A DNA stretch of 49,088 bases, from assembly GCA_030595925.1 (NCBI GenBank), contig JAUVLC010000003.1, positions 1 to 49,088 of the forward strand, in the 5' to 3' direction. Position 1 is the stretch's first letter. Each line of letters opens with the position of its first letter. The translations under genes and the position numbers were made by a program. The notes beneath the pieces are model-generated. The model saw nothing but the letters and a program-made list of their open reading frames with translations, was not told the DNA's origin and searched no databases. This stretch comes from Clostridia bacterium (GTDB taxonomy: Bacteria > CBDUZB01 > JAGLHV01). This document shows, one piece after another, positions 19,115 through 28,722 of the stretch.

Positions 19115-19630
19115 ATGAAGATAAATTGGTTATGGGATACTCGACTGAACGAAAAAGATGTGAGGAGTATTTTGAAAAATGAGAAACATCCGAAGTTTGA
19201 TATTTATGCAGAGAAACTTCTTTCTCGCGTTTCCGACCCTGCGGTAGTTTTTGATATTATTAATCAAACAGCTTTTTGCAGGAGATGGCCGACTATAAAA
19301 AAAAGGATTAAAAAAAATCGCTGGCTTAAAGACAGAGTTCTTTTCTGGCAGACAATATACGAACGGGTTCACGAAAAATTAAAAGGACTTGGAATTAAAA
19401 TAAGGAAATCTCGGGAAGTAAAGATTCCTCCGGAAAGAATGAATTTAGCCCAACAGATAAGAGATATAAGAATGAATTTAGGATATACACAGAAGGAGAT
19501 AGCAAAAAAATTAGGGGTAATTCAGCAATATGTTTCTAAAATTGAGAGTGGTCGTGAAAATGTTTCAATAGATACTTTGAAGAGAATAGCGGAGGTGTTT
19601 AACAAAAAATTAATTGTTAAATTAAGGTAA
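19115..19630 (+). CDS. XRE-family HTH protein with N-terminal extension (putative antitoxin)
   Basis: C-terminal TQKEIAKKLGVIQQYVSKIESGRENVSIDTL; N-terminal WLWD motif. Confidence 0.85.
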   Translation: MKINWLWDTRLNEKDVRSILKNEKHPKFDIYAEKLLSRVSDPAVVFDIINQTAFCRRWPTIKKRIKKNRWLKDRVLFWQTIYERVHEKLKGLGIKIRKSREVKIPPERMNLAQQIRDIRMNLGYTQKEIAKKLGVIQQYVSKIESGRENVSIDTLKRIAEVFNKKLIVKLR

Positions 19631-19679
19631 ATGAATTAAAAGTATAAATTATTGGAGTCAGACTTGAAGAATGAAATTG

Positions 19680-19884
19680 GATTTTAAAAATTTTATTTGC
19701 GCAAGGCGGCTTTGGAAAAAATATGCCTGGGTATTTTGAAGTTCCCTCTTCCTGAGTGGAAGAGGGATAGGGTGAGGGAAAAAAAGGGCTTGTTATGAGG
19801 TAGTTCATTTATTTAAAAATAATTCGACAAAATAATAAAAATTATGTTATATTAAAAAAGGTGTTACAAACTTGAGCAAGTCTC
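19680..19884. repeat. Direct repeat copy 1, ending in an ISL3-type terminal repeat
   Basis: Near-identical to 28797-29100 apart from an indel of about 95 bp; ends tacaaacttgagcaagtctc. Confidence 0.9.
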
Positions 19885-20165
19885 AAAAATTTAATATATT
19901 TATTATGAAGGCTTCTTGTCCGTAATTTTAAGAAAAGCTAAAAAATTTGCTTAAAAGGTACTAAACAAATATAGAAAAAGAAGCAAAAGCAGTTTTAGTT
20001 TTCATTGCGAATAAAGAGTTGAAGATAACGGCAAAGTTTATGGTTGAAAGACTCAAATGTGCGCGGTTGGCAATAAGTATGCTGATAAAAGAGAGAATAC
20101 TTAAACAAAAGCACAGTAACTTATTACCTTAGGACCATTCCCTATTGCCTACCTCCCAAAAAAAC

Positions 20166-20195
20166 TTGACACTACCCCCCCTTTTTTTCTACAAT
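20166..20195 (+). promoter_or_regulatory. Putative cassette-array promoter (Pc-like)
   Basis: TTGACA-18 bp-TACAAT about 60 bp upstream of the first recombination point. Confidence 0.65.
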
Positions 20196-20230
20196 ACTGT
20201 AGTGTAGTTTTCTGAAAATAGAGTAACCAG

Positions 20231-20259
20231 ATAATATAATATAATATATAATGTTATGA
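20231..20259 (+). other. Putative attI site
   Basis: AT-rich run ending in GTTATGA with no attC hairpin; complementary, but for one base, to TCATAAT in the first attC. Confidence 0.55.
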
Positions 20260-20280
20260 GAAAAAAATAAAAGGATAAAA

Positions 20281-20661
20281 ATGAATATTATTATACCAAT
20301 ACTAATTGCTCTATTCGGATTAATTCTTGGTCATCAGTTGACTCTTAGGCGAGATTTTAAAAACAAAAAAAAGGAAATTCGCATAAATTATCTTATAGAA
20401 GCCTATAGGAAACTCGAAAGAGGAGCTATTCCAAACGCTAAAAAATTTGATAAAGGAGATTTTGAAAGTGCAATCGCAGATATACAAATGCTTGGTAACC
20501 CTGAGCAAGTTAACATAGCTTATGAGTTTGCTATTGAAGCGAGTCAAGACAATGGCTCGAAATTACAAAAATTACTGGAAAATATCCGGATGGAATTAAG
20601 AAACGAATTATTAATCAAAAATAATAAATTACCAAAGATAAGACCGTTTAGGATAAACTAA
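20281..20661 (+). CDS. Cassette 1: hypothetical protein with N-terminal TM helix
   Basis: 126-aa ORF with RBS between the putative attI and attC1. Confidence 0.75.
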   Translation: MNIIIPILIALFGLILGHQLTLRRDFKNKKKEIRINYLIEAYRKLERGAIPNAKKFDKGDFESAIADIQMLGNPEQVNIAYEFAIEASQDNGSKLQKLLENIRMELRNELLIKNNKLPKIRPFRIN

Positions 20662-20670
20662 TGAATGAAA

Positions 20671-20743
20671 TCATAATAACTCAATCGAGCGAATTTTTCC
20701 GTAGCTTCGCTGCTTCAAAAACCGCTCATTTCAGGCGTTATTT
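20671..20743 (+). other. attC site 1
   Basis: TCATAAT...gagcgaattttt..aaaaaccgctc...GTTATTT imperfect hairpin. Confidence 0.8.
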
Positions 20744-20810
20744 GTAAGAAATCAAGCTGGTAAATTGATTGATAAATGGTATATTTAACTACATATCAAA
20801 TTAATGTAGT

Positions 20811-21113
20811 ATGTCCTCTACTCTGTCCCCAGTTCCGGATGAATGGGACAGATTATATAATGTTGATTTTTTTATAATGATTAAAGATAAATATATTGGT
20901 CTTCAAATAAAGCCTGTAAATCAAGGAATTCAACTTTCTCAAATTTTTAAAGAAAGACGAATTCAAGAAAAAACACATCATAAATTTGAAGAAGAATTTG
21001 GTGGAAAAGTTTTTTATGCCTTTTCTTCAAAATCAAATGGTAAGAAAGTGATAGTAAACTTAGAAGTAATTGAAGAAATAAAAAAAGAAATCGAAAAATT
21101 GAAAAACACATAA
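20811..21113 (+). pseudogene. Cassette 2: C-terminal fragment of an MjaI-like restriction endonuclease
   Basis: PDEWDRLYNVDFFI..KYIGLQIKP (D...QxK nuclease motif); N-terminus missing. Confidence 0.6.
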
Positions 21114-21179
21114 TAAATCACTGCACTGGATTTTTATTCCGTTACGCTTCGTAAAAAATAGTGAGTTTCAGCGTTAGGT
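21108..21179 (+). other. attC site 2
   Basis: ACATAATaaatcactgcactggattttt...aaaaaatagtgagtttcagcGTTAGGT. Confidence 0.85.
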
Positions 21180-21211
21180 GGAGGAAAAACAATTAAATAA
21201 ATGGAGAAAAA

Positions 21212-21730
21212 ATGGATGATAAATTACAAAAAAGTATCGATCGTGCAATTGCTTTATTAAAAACTCCAAAAAAATACGAAAATTATATTTCAATAAAAAT
21301 AGTCCCTTTAGGTATAGATTGTTGTTGCTCTCATTGCCTGCCAGAAACATGGCGAAAAATTAATCAATACATAGCCCCTTGTGGTCCCGTAGGACATGAA
21401 GGGGATGCTTTGATTAAAAAGAATAAGAATGAATTTGTTTTTGAATCTCACGAGACTGGATTAGAATTTATAGTTTTGATAGATATCATTAAAAAATCGG
21501 CAGATTGTTTGAAATCAATAATTGAACTTATAACTGTATCCATAAAAGCTCTTTCTCAAGAGAAACGCAAACAACCGTTCCGAATGAAAATAGCCAAAAG
21601 ACAAATTATTCGAGGGGTGGTCGATGAAGAAAACTTAATAGAAATCGATATTCCTCTAACAAAAGATATCGAGAAACAATTGCTAAAGAAGTTAAAGAAA
21701 TTAGTCAATAAAAAACATAACAGGAAAACA
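21212..21730 (+). CDS. Cassette 3: hypothetical protein now fused in frame to RhuM
   Basis: First 173 aa of ORF 21212-22150; only ACATAAC (21715-21721) remains of its attC. Confidence 0.6.
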
Positions 21731-22735
21731 ATGGAATCAAACAGTGAAATAGTAATTTATAAAAACCCAGATGGTAATATTAAGATTGATGTTCGGCTCG
21801 AAGATGAAACTGTATGGGTATCGCAGGCACATATGTGCGAATTGTTTGACAAGAACAAGCGTACTATTTCAGAACACATTCGCAATATTTTTGAGGAGGG
21901 AGAACTGCAAGAAGAATCAGTTGTCCGGAAATTCCGGACAACTGCAGTAGATAGTAAAAACTACGATGTTAAATACTATAATCTTGATGTTATCATATCA
22001 GTAGGTTATCGTGTAAAATCAATACAGGGAACACAGTTTCGCATTTGGGCAACCAAGAGGTTAAAAGAGTATATCATTAAAGGTTTTGCCCTTAATGACG
22101 ATCGTTTTAAAACTGGTAATTCCATGAATTATTTCAATGAGTTGAAATAACGACTTCGGGAAATCCGCCTTTCTGAAAGGTTTTTCTATCAGAAAATAAA
22201 AGACATCTACTCAACCAGTATCGACTACGACCTAAAAGATGAAAAAACCATTGCTTTTTTTAAAGTTGTTCAAAATAAACTGCTCTGGGCTATCAGTACC
22301 CATACAGCCGCAGAACTTGTTTACAGGAGAGCAGACGCTTCTTTACCCTTATTGGGAATGCAGTCTTATGACAAGGATAGTGTTGGAAAAATCAGCAGAA
22401 ATGATGTCAGCATTGCCAAAAACTATTTAAATGAAGAGGAAATAAAACTTCTTGGTTTATTGGTCGAACAGTATCTTGCTTTTGCAGAAACAATGGCACA
22501 ACAGCATACACTAATGTACATGAAAGACTGGATTGGTAGGCTGGATAACATTTTGCAAATGAATGGCAGGAAATTACTCACTCATGCCGGAAAAATAAGT
22601 CATCAAATGGCTATTGAGAAATCAAATTAGGAATTAGAAAAATATAACGAAGAACAAAAAAGAATAACTCATGAACAAAATTTAAAAGAAATTGAAGAGG
22701 ATATAAAGAGATTAAAAAATGATACAGACACATAA
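21731..22735 (+). pseudogene. Cassette 4: RhuM-family protein with two in-frame stops
   Basis: MESNSEIVIY...YYNLDVIISVGYRVKS..GTQFRIWAT; TAA at 22148 and TAG at 22628; same frame continues to 22735. Confidence 0.88.
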
Positions 22736-22801
22736 CAAATCACTGCACTGGATTTTTACTCTACTGCGCTCCGTAAAAACCAGTGAGTTCAGTCGTTAGA
22801 T
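22730..22801 (+). other. attC site 3
   Basis: ACATAACaaatcactgcactggatttttac...gtaaaaaccagtgagttcagtcGTTAGAT. Confidence 0.9.
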
Positions 22802-23072
22802 GAGAAAAATGAATAAAAAGAAAATAATCTATCAAGCAAATGAGACTATTTATGGATATGAAGTCAGATCAAAAATATGGTATGAATATAAAATAGATAT
22901 TAAAATAGATGAATCAAATAAAATACCAGTAATCATTACATTAAATTTTCAAGATCAACATGATTTTATTGAAATTCCTAAAATCAAAATTATTAAGGCA
23001 GAAACGATTTCAAAAGCTTTCGTCAAAACAATAAAATATTTGAAAAGCTATGGGATGGAATTAAGGGTGTAA
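22800..23072 (+). CDS. Cassette 5: small hypothetical protein
   Basis: ORF fills the interval between attC3 and attC4; start may be 22809. Confidence 0.65.
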   Translation: MRKMNKKKIIYQANETIYGYEVRSKIWYEYKIDIKIDESNKIPVIITLNFQDQHDFIEIPKIKIIKAETISKAFVKTIKYLKSYGMELRV

Positions 23073-23074
23073 TG

Positions 23075-23149
23075 ATCTAACAACTCAATGGAGCGGATTT
23101 TGCTACGCCGCTTCGCGCCTCCGCAAAACCGCTGATTTTTGCGTTAAGC
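23075..23149 (+). other. attC site 4
   Basis: ATCTAAC (exact complement of the preceding GTTAGAT)...gcggattttgc..gcaaaaccgc...GTTAAGC. Confidence 0.9.
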
Positions 23150-23184
23150 AAATATAATATATAAATTGAAAGTATAAATAACCA

Positions 23185-23474
23185 ATGGAGGATAATGAAA
23201 AATACCTAAATGTTTTGATAAAACAGAAAGATTATTTTCAATATATATATGAACAGGAACAAAAAAGAGCAGTCAGTATAATTGCAGGAGCAAAAATATA
23301 TATTGGTTTTTTAATATTCATTGTTGGATCTATTTTTTTAAACTAATAACAGTAGATAAAATCATTAAATTATTCAATGATAGTTCTACATCTATATTGG
23401 GTAAAATAATGGGATTTACTATTATTCTATTATCAGGGGTTTTTTTAATAATAGCTTTTATCTTTACAATTTTA
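23185..23474 (+). pseudogene. Cassette 6: frameshifted, truncated membrane protein
   Basis: MEDNEKYL...KIYIGFLIFIVGSIF, frameshift in a T run near 23335, second TM segment, no attC. Confidence 0.55.
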
Positions 23475-23618
23475 GTTTTAAAAGTAGATTTTGTTCAGGA
23501 TTTTGCGAAGAATATCAAGAAAATAAAAAGGGGATGAAGTTTCTCTTAAAATAACCCGTATACAAAATAAAAATATGTTACTTCGTGTTATACAGGTTGG
23601 GAATGAGAAAAAGATAAA

Positions 23619-26285
23619 ATGTATAAAGAGTTAACTGCTATTTGTTTGCCGAATCAAAGGATAGAACTGGAATGGCAGGAAATAGAAGACCCGATAAATA
23701 AGAATCAGGAATTAATGCAAAACGAATTATACAAAAGATCCAGGGAAGACTTTAGGTTTTTTCTTCTGTTGTTAGGGTTTTGTAATCAATCTGTCCCATT
23801 ATCAGCAAGTTTAGATTATTTTAGAAAGTTAACGGGGTTGTACGTAAAAAAACTTACGCAAATACCTGATATTGAAGTTTTACGTGAACGGGTGGATATA
23901 ATTTTAACAGTCGATGAGATTGACGATTTTTTGTTCCGGCTTCCATTTATGGTTGGAGTAGAGTACATAAACTCATCTTTTCTTGAACGTATCTGGTTGA
24001 AGTTAAACATAACATTTAGAAATAAATTAAAAACCTATAAAGGTTCTGTTGATGAATTTATAAAAACTTTCAGTCCGGATGTTCATCTTGCAGGACGGGT
24101 TTATTTCCATTTGGTAGAAAGTAAAAAAGAGGATTTACCTTTTGCTTTTTTAGCAACATATTCTACAGGTTTAAACAATCAGGGGAAATCGAAACATGTT
24201 CCCTTAAAGTATGCCTTAACAGAATACAGTAAAAATAGCAAAAAACTACTGAAACTTTTATCTGCCGTTTATTTAGCCGCTAAAGAAAGCAGGATTGTTT
24301 CTATGCTGATTGAAAGTGGGGAGATATTTTACCCAATAGCATTATCGGTTAAAGATGCATACGATATTTTAAAGGAAATTCCTATTTATGAAAAATTCGG
24401 TATACTTTGCCGGATTCCTAATTGGTGGAAAAATAGAACAAGCACTCTAAAACTTGATATAAGTGTCGGCAATATCTCTCCCTCGTTTCTTAGCAAGAAC
24501 TCGATTCTTGATTTTAAAATGGACCTTTTATTTGGCGGCAGCGAATTATCGGAAGATGAAGTAAGAAAGCTGTTGAATGAATCAGAAGGGCTTGCCTTTA
24601 TCAAAGGGAAATGGGTGGAGGTTGACCCCAAAAAACTCGAAAAAACACTTGAAGCTTATGAAAAAGCACAACAATTGATGGAACAGGGTAATTTGAGTTT
24701 AAAGGATGCCATGCATTTGCAACTTAACTTACAGAAAGACCTTGGTATTAGTGACGATGATACAATCAATATTTCTAATGGGGAATGGCTTAAATCCGTT
24801 GTTGAAAAACTTCATAAACCTGAATTGATAGACTCAGTAATTCCTGCAAAAAATTTCCTGGCAAAACTTCGGCCATATCAGCAGAAAGGGTTGAACTGGC
24901 TTTATTTTCTGCATTCTTTGCAGTTTGGCGCTTGTTTGGCAGACGATATGGGACTGGGGAAAACTATACAACTGTTAGCTTTTCTAAGTACTCTTAAAGC
25001 AAATAAGCAAAATTCTACAAACCTTCTGATAATACCTGCTTCTCTGATTTCCAACTGGATTAACGAAATACACAGGTTTTCACCGGAAATAAAGTATTAC
25101 ATCGCCCATCCGTTATTTGAGAAAAAAAGGGACAATGTTTGCATGGACAAATATTTTATAGACAAATATGATATCGTAATAACAACTTATTCTTTATCCA
25201 AAAAGTATGACTGGCTTAAATTGTACAAATGGAACTATGTTATTTTAGATGAAGCTCAAATCATTAAAAATCCTGGTACAAAACAAACAAAAGCCGTTAA
25301 AAATCTGGATGCAAACAATAGAATAATAATGACTGGTACACCTATTGAAAACCGTTTAGGTGATATTTGGTCGTTATTTGATTTTTTAAACCCCGGGTTG
25401 CTTGGCAGTATCAAAGAATTTTCAGATTTTTCCAAAGGACTAAAAGACAATCTAAACGGATATGCAAAGCTGAAAAAAATTACGTCTCCATATATATTAA
25501 GAAGGTTGAAAACCGACAAGTCCGTTATTTCTGATTTGCCTGATAAAATTGAGATGAAAACGTATTCAGATTTAACTAAAAAACAAGTTATTCTTTACGG
25601 CAATCTTGTAGAAGAACTAAAAACAAAGCTTGAAGATGAAAGTGAGGGGATTAAGAGAAAAGGCTTAATTCTTGCTTCTCTTATGAAATTTAAACAGCTT
25701 TGTAATCATCCGGATCAATATTTGGGAAGAGATGAATATTCTGAACTTGACAGTGGCAAATTTTTTAGGCTTCGCGAAATATGTGAAACAATTTATGAAA
25801 AAAGAGAAAGAGTTTTAGTATTTACGCAATTCAAAGAAATTACTGAACCTCTCAAAAAATTTCTTGAAACAGTGTTTAAACATAAAGGGTTGGTTTTTCA
25901 TGGCAGTACGTCTGTTAAAAAACGTAAGGAAATTGTAGAAAAGTTTCAAAAACATGAATATGTTCCATTTATGGTATTATCTATTAAAGCAGGTGGAGTT
26001 GGTTTAAATCTGACATCTGCAAATCACGTTATTCATTTTGACAGATGGTGGAACCCGGCAGTTGAAAACCAGGCAACTGATCGAGCTTTTCGGATAGGGC
26101 AGAAAAAAAATGTGGTAGTTCATAAGTTTATTACCAGAGGTACACTGGAAGAAAAGATTGATGCCATGCTTCAGGAAAAAGCGAATTTGTCAAATGAGAT
26201 TATTCAAAGTACAAATGAGGCCTGGATAACCGAAATGAACAACGATAAACTAATAAACCTGTTTACACTGTCGCTGCAAAAATAA
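23619..26285 (+). CDS. SNF2-family (SWI2/SNF2) helicase/ATPase
   Basis: LRPYQQKG, LADDMGLGKT, DEAQ, TGTPIEN, GGVGLNLT, WWNPAVENQATDRAFRIGQ. Confidence 0.95.
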   Translation: MYKELTAICLPNQRIELEWQEIEDPINKNQELMQNELYKRSREDFRFFLLLLGFCNQSVPLSASLDYFRKLTGLYVKKLTQIPDIEVLRERVDIILTVDEIDDFLFRLPFMVGVEYINSSFLERIWLKLNITFRNKLKTYKGSVDEFIKTFSPDVHLAGRVYFHLVESKKEDLPFAFLATYSTGLNNQGKSKHVPLKYALTEYSKNSKKLLKLLSAVYLAAKESRIVSMLIESGEIFYPIALSVKDAYDILKEIPIYEKFGILCRIPNWWKNRTSTLKLDISVGNISPSFLSKNSILDFKMDLLFGGSELSEDEVRKLLNESEGLAFIKGKWVEVDPKKLEKTLEAYEKAQQLMEQGNLSLKDAMHLQLNLQKDLGISDDDTINISNGEWLKSVVEKLHKPELIDSVIPAKNFLAKLRPYQQKGLNWLYFLHSLQFGACLADDMGLGKTIQLLAFLSTLKANKQNSTNLLIIPASLISNWINEIHRFSPEIKYYIAHPLFEKKRDNVCMDKYFIDKYDIVITTYSLSKKYDWLKLYKWNYVILDEAQIIKNPGTKQTKAVKNLDANNRIIMTGTPIENRLGDIWSLFDFLNPGLLGSIKEFSDFSKGLKDNLNGYAKLKKITSPYILRRLKTDKSVISDLPDKIEMKTYSDLTKKQVILYGNLVEELKTKLEDESEGIKRKGLILASLMKFKQLCNHPDQYLGRDEYSELDSGKFFRLREICETIYEKRERVLVFTQFKEITEPLKKFLETVFKHKGLVFHGSTSVKKRKEIVEKFQKHEYVPFMVLSIKAGGVGLNLTSANHVIHFDRWWNPAVENQATDRAFRIGQKKNVVVHKFITRGTLEEKIDAMLQEKANLSNEIIQSTNEAWITEMNNDKLINLFTLSLQK

Positions 26286-26311
26286 TTTTATGGCAGGAGG
26301 CTGATAAGATT

Positions 26312-27166
26312 ATGGGATACTATTATTATTCAGGATTTCCACGGTATGTTTCTGTCGGCGAAAAACGAGTAAAAGCGCAGAAAAAATTGAAACAATTGAA
26401 GAAAAAAAATTCTCACATTACACCTTTGATTTTACATGGAACCAAACTTGCCCATACCTGGTGGGGTAAAGCATGGAATAAAAATCTTGAAAAATATGCG
26501 GACTATTCAAATAGGATCGGCAGAGGCCGCAGTTACATTAGAAACGGTTTTGTTTTTGATTTCAAAATAAACCCGGGGGAAATAACATCGCTTGTGCAAG
26601 GCACAGGTTCGCGTCTTTATAAAATAGCAATAAAAATAAACCCATTGAGCAAAAAAACATGGAACGAAATAAAGAAAAAATGTGAAGGGAAAATTGAATC
26701 TTTAGAGGAACTTATTGAAGGTAAGTTTCCCAAAGATCTCATTGAAATATTTACTACAAAAGGGAAAGGGTTATTTCCGTCGCCGAAAGAGATTAAGTTT
26801 AGCTGCAGTTGCCCGGATTGGGCAAATATGTGCAAGCATATAGCAGCAACGCTTTATGGGGTTGGAGTAAAATTGGATGATGATCCCAAACTTTTTTTCC
26901 TATTACGCAAAGCTGAAATGGACGATTTGATAACGGAAACTTTGCGGGATAAATCAAAAAAGATGCTTAAAAAAGCGGAGAAAAAGACATCCCGTGTGAT
27001 TGATGATTTGGATGCAATCAAAATGTTTGGTATTAATATTGATGAAAAAATTAGTTCAGGCAAGATACCCATATTAACGAAAACAAAAAGAAAAAAAAGT
27101 ATTATTAAAACAAAGGCAACTAAAAAAAAAGCTGAAAATCAAACACAAAAAGAAAAGCGGGCATAA
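26312..27166 (+). CDS. SWIM zinc-finger protein
   Basis: CSCPDWANMCKHIAA; NRIGRGRSY; usual partner of bacterial SNF2. Confidence 0.92.
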   Translation: MGYYYYSGFPRYVSVGEKRVKAQKKLKQLKKKNSHITPLILHGTKLAHTWWGKAWNKNLEKYADYSNRIGRGRSYIRNGFVFDFKINPGEITSLVQGTGSRLYKIAIKINPLSKKTWNEIKKKCEGKIESLEELIEGKFPKDLIEIFTTKGKGLFPSPKEIKFSCSCPDWANMCKHIAATLYGVGVKLDDDPKLFFLLRKAEMDDLITETLRDKSKKMLKKAEKKTSRVIDDLDAIKMFGINIDEKISSGKIPILTKTKRKKSIIKTKATKKKAENQTQKEKRA

Positions 27167-27185
27167 TTTGAAAAAACATAAGAAA

Positions 27186-27510
27186 AAGGGGGACATTGTT
27201 AAGAAGTTAAATAACTATTAACAATAACTTTGCTTAAAGACTTAATCAATCTGATAACTAAAAAATTAGTGGTTGAGGTAGTAGAATTAAAAGGAAACAG
27301 AAGGGGTGGAAAAATAACTAAAGCCACAGCTTTGATATCATATACATCGGGCAAAGCTATTTGGAAGAGTAGGGTATTGCAATAAGCTTAGAATTAAATA
27401 ACAGCAGTGCCAGTATAAGCATAGCATGTAATTGAGGGAAAAAATAACAGAGAGGGATGCAGGGGCAAAAAGTATTCTTACCTATTTAACTATTTAAGAA
27501 CGTCCCCCTT
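27186..27510. mobile_element. 325-bp element with 28-bp inverted ends, degenerate transposase remnant
   Basis: aagggggacattgttaagaagttaaata vs tatttaactatttaagaacgtccccctt (24/28 complementary). Confidence 0.6.
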
Positions 27511-27648
27511 ATTTTCCCTTATTTTCCATGAAATGAGAAAAGATTTGTGGAGATTGGAAGGCAAATTGAATGCAAGTGATATGTTTGGAGCGCGATAATT
27601 ATCGGGAAAATCATAGATATTTTAAAATCGATAATAGGAAGTAAATAA

Positions 27649-28656
27649 ATGGAACAAAACTCAGAAATAATAATTTATACAGCACCAGATGGCTCAACAA
27701 AATTGCAAGTACAATTAGAAGATGAAACCGTTTGGCTTACTCAGGAACAAATGGCAGTGCTTTTTGGGAAAGGAAGAACTACTATAACTGAACATATTGG
27801 CAACATCTTCAAAGAGGGCGAACTGAATGAAAAAGAGGTGTGTCGGCTTTTCCGACATACCACAAAACACGGTGCTATAGAAGGCAAAACTCAAAACAAG
27901 CAAGTCAAATATTATAATCTCGATGTCATAATTTCAATAGGTTATCGTGTAAAATCGCCTCAAGGTACAAAGTTTCGCCAATGGGCAACAAAAAGGATTC
28001 ACGAGTATATTGTAAAAGGTTTTACAATGGATGATGACCGTTTAAAGCAAGAAGGAGCACGATCACGGTATTTTGAAGAGCTTCTTCAAAGAATTCGGGA
28101 TATCAGAAGTAGCGAAAGAAACTTTTACCAGAAAGTAACCGACATTTATGCAACCAGCATTGATTACAAAAATGATAACGTTTTAACTAAAGAGTTTTTT
28201 GCTACAGTGCAAAATAAGATGCACTTTGCTATTCATGGACAAACTGCGGCTGAGATGATAAATGAAAGAATTGATGCAGATAAACCCTTTTTAGGGCTTA
28301 CGAATTTTAAAGGAAAGTATATAACAGCACGAGATATTAGTATTGCCAAAAATTATCTCTCAGAAGATGAACTCAAACAGTTAAATCTTATAGTCTCTAT
28401 GTATCTTGATTTTGCAGAGTTACAAGCAACAAACGGCAGGTTAATGAAAATGGAGGACTGGATTCAAAAGCTTGATGCTTTCTTAAAAATAAGTGAAAAA
28501 GAACTTTTAACAAACACAGGAAAAGTCAGTCACCAAAAAGCAATTGAGAAAGCAAAAATTGAATATGAAAAATATAGAAAGGCAGAAGATAAAAAATATA
28601 TTTCCGATTTTGATCGTGAAATTAAAAAACTAATTAAGAATGATAAAAACACATAA
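27649..28656 (+). CDS. RhuM-family protein (intact cassette gene)
   Basis: YYNLDVIISIGYRVKSPQGTKFRQWAT, RIRDIRSSERNFYQK, AKNYL; followed by an attC. Confidence 0.92.
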   Translation: MEQNSEIIIYTAPDGSTKLQVQLEDETVWLTQEQMAVLFGKGRTTITEHIGNIFKEGELNEKEVCRLFRHTTKHGAIEGKTQNKQVKYYNLDVIISIGYRVKSPQGTKFRQWATKRIHEYIVKGFTMDDDRLKQEGARSRYFEELLQRIRDIRSSERNFYQKVTDIYATSIDYKNDNVLTKEFFATVQNKMHFAIHGQTAAEMINERIDADKPFLGLTNFKGKYITARDISIAKNYLSEDELKQLNLIVSMYLDFAELQATNGRLMKMEDWIQKLDAFLKISEKELLTNTGKVSHQKAIEKAKIEYEKYRKAEDKKYISDFDREIKKLIKNDKNT

Positions 28657-28722
28657 CAATTCACTGCACTGGATTTTTACTCCGCTGCGCTGCGTAAAAA
28701 CTAGAGGATTCAATCGTTATGC
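28651..28722 (+). other. attC site 5
   Basis: ACATAACaattcactgcactggatttttac...gtaaaaactagaggattcaatcGTTATGC; same family as attC2 and attC3. Confidence 0.85.

Noticed and set aside
19885-20165. Integron integrase remnant upstream of the attI-like site
   Set aside because: I could not recognise tyrosine-recombinase motifs on either strand.
22148-22630. In-frame TAA and TAG in RhuM as stop-codon reassignment
   Set aside because: Core genes end normally at TAA, TAG and TGA, and the second RhuM has no internal stops, so nonsense decay is the simpler explanation.
20671-28722. Repeated ~72-bp units as a CRISPR array
   Set aside because: They are separated by whole genes, have attC architecture, and there are no cas genes.
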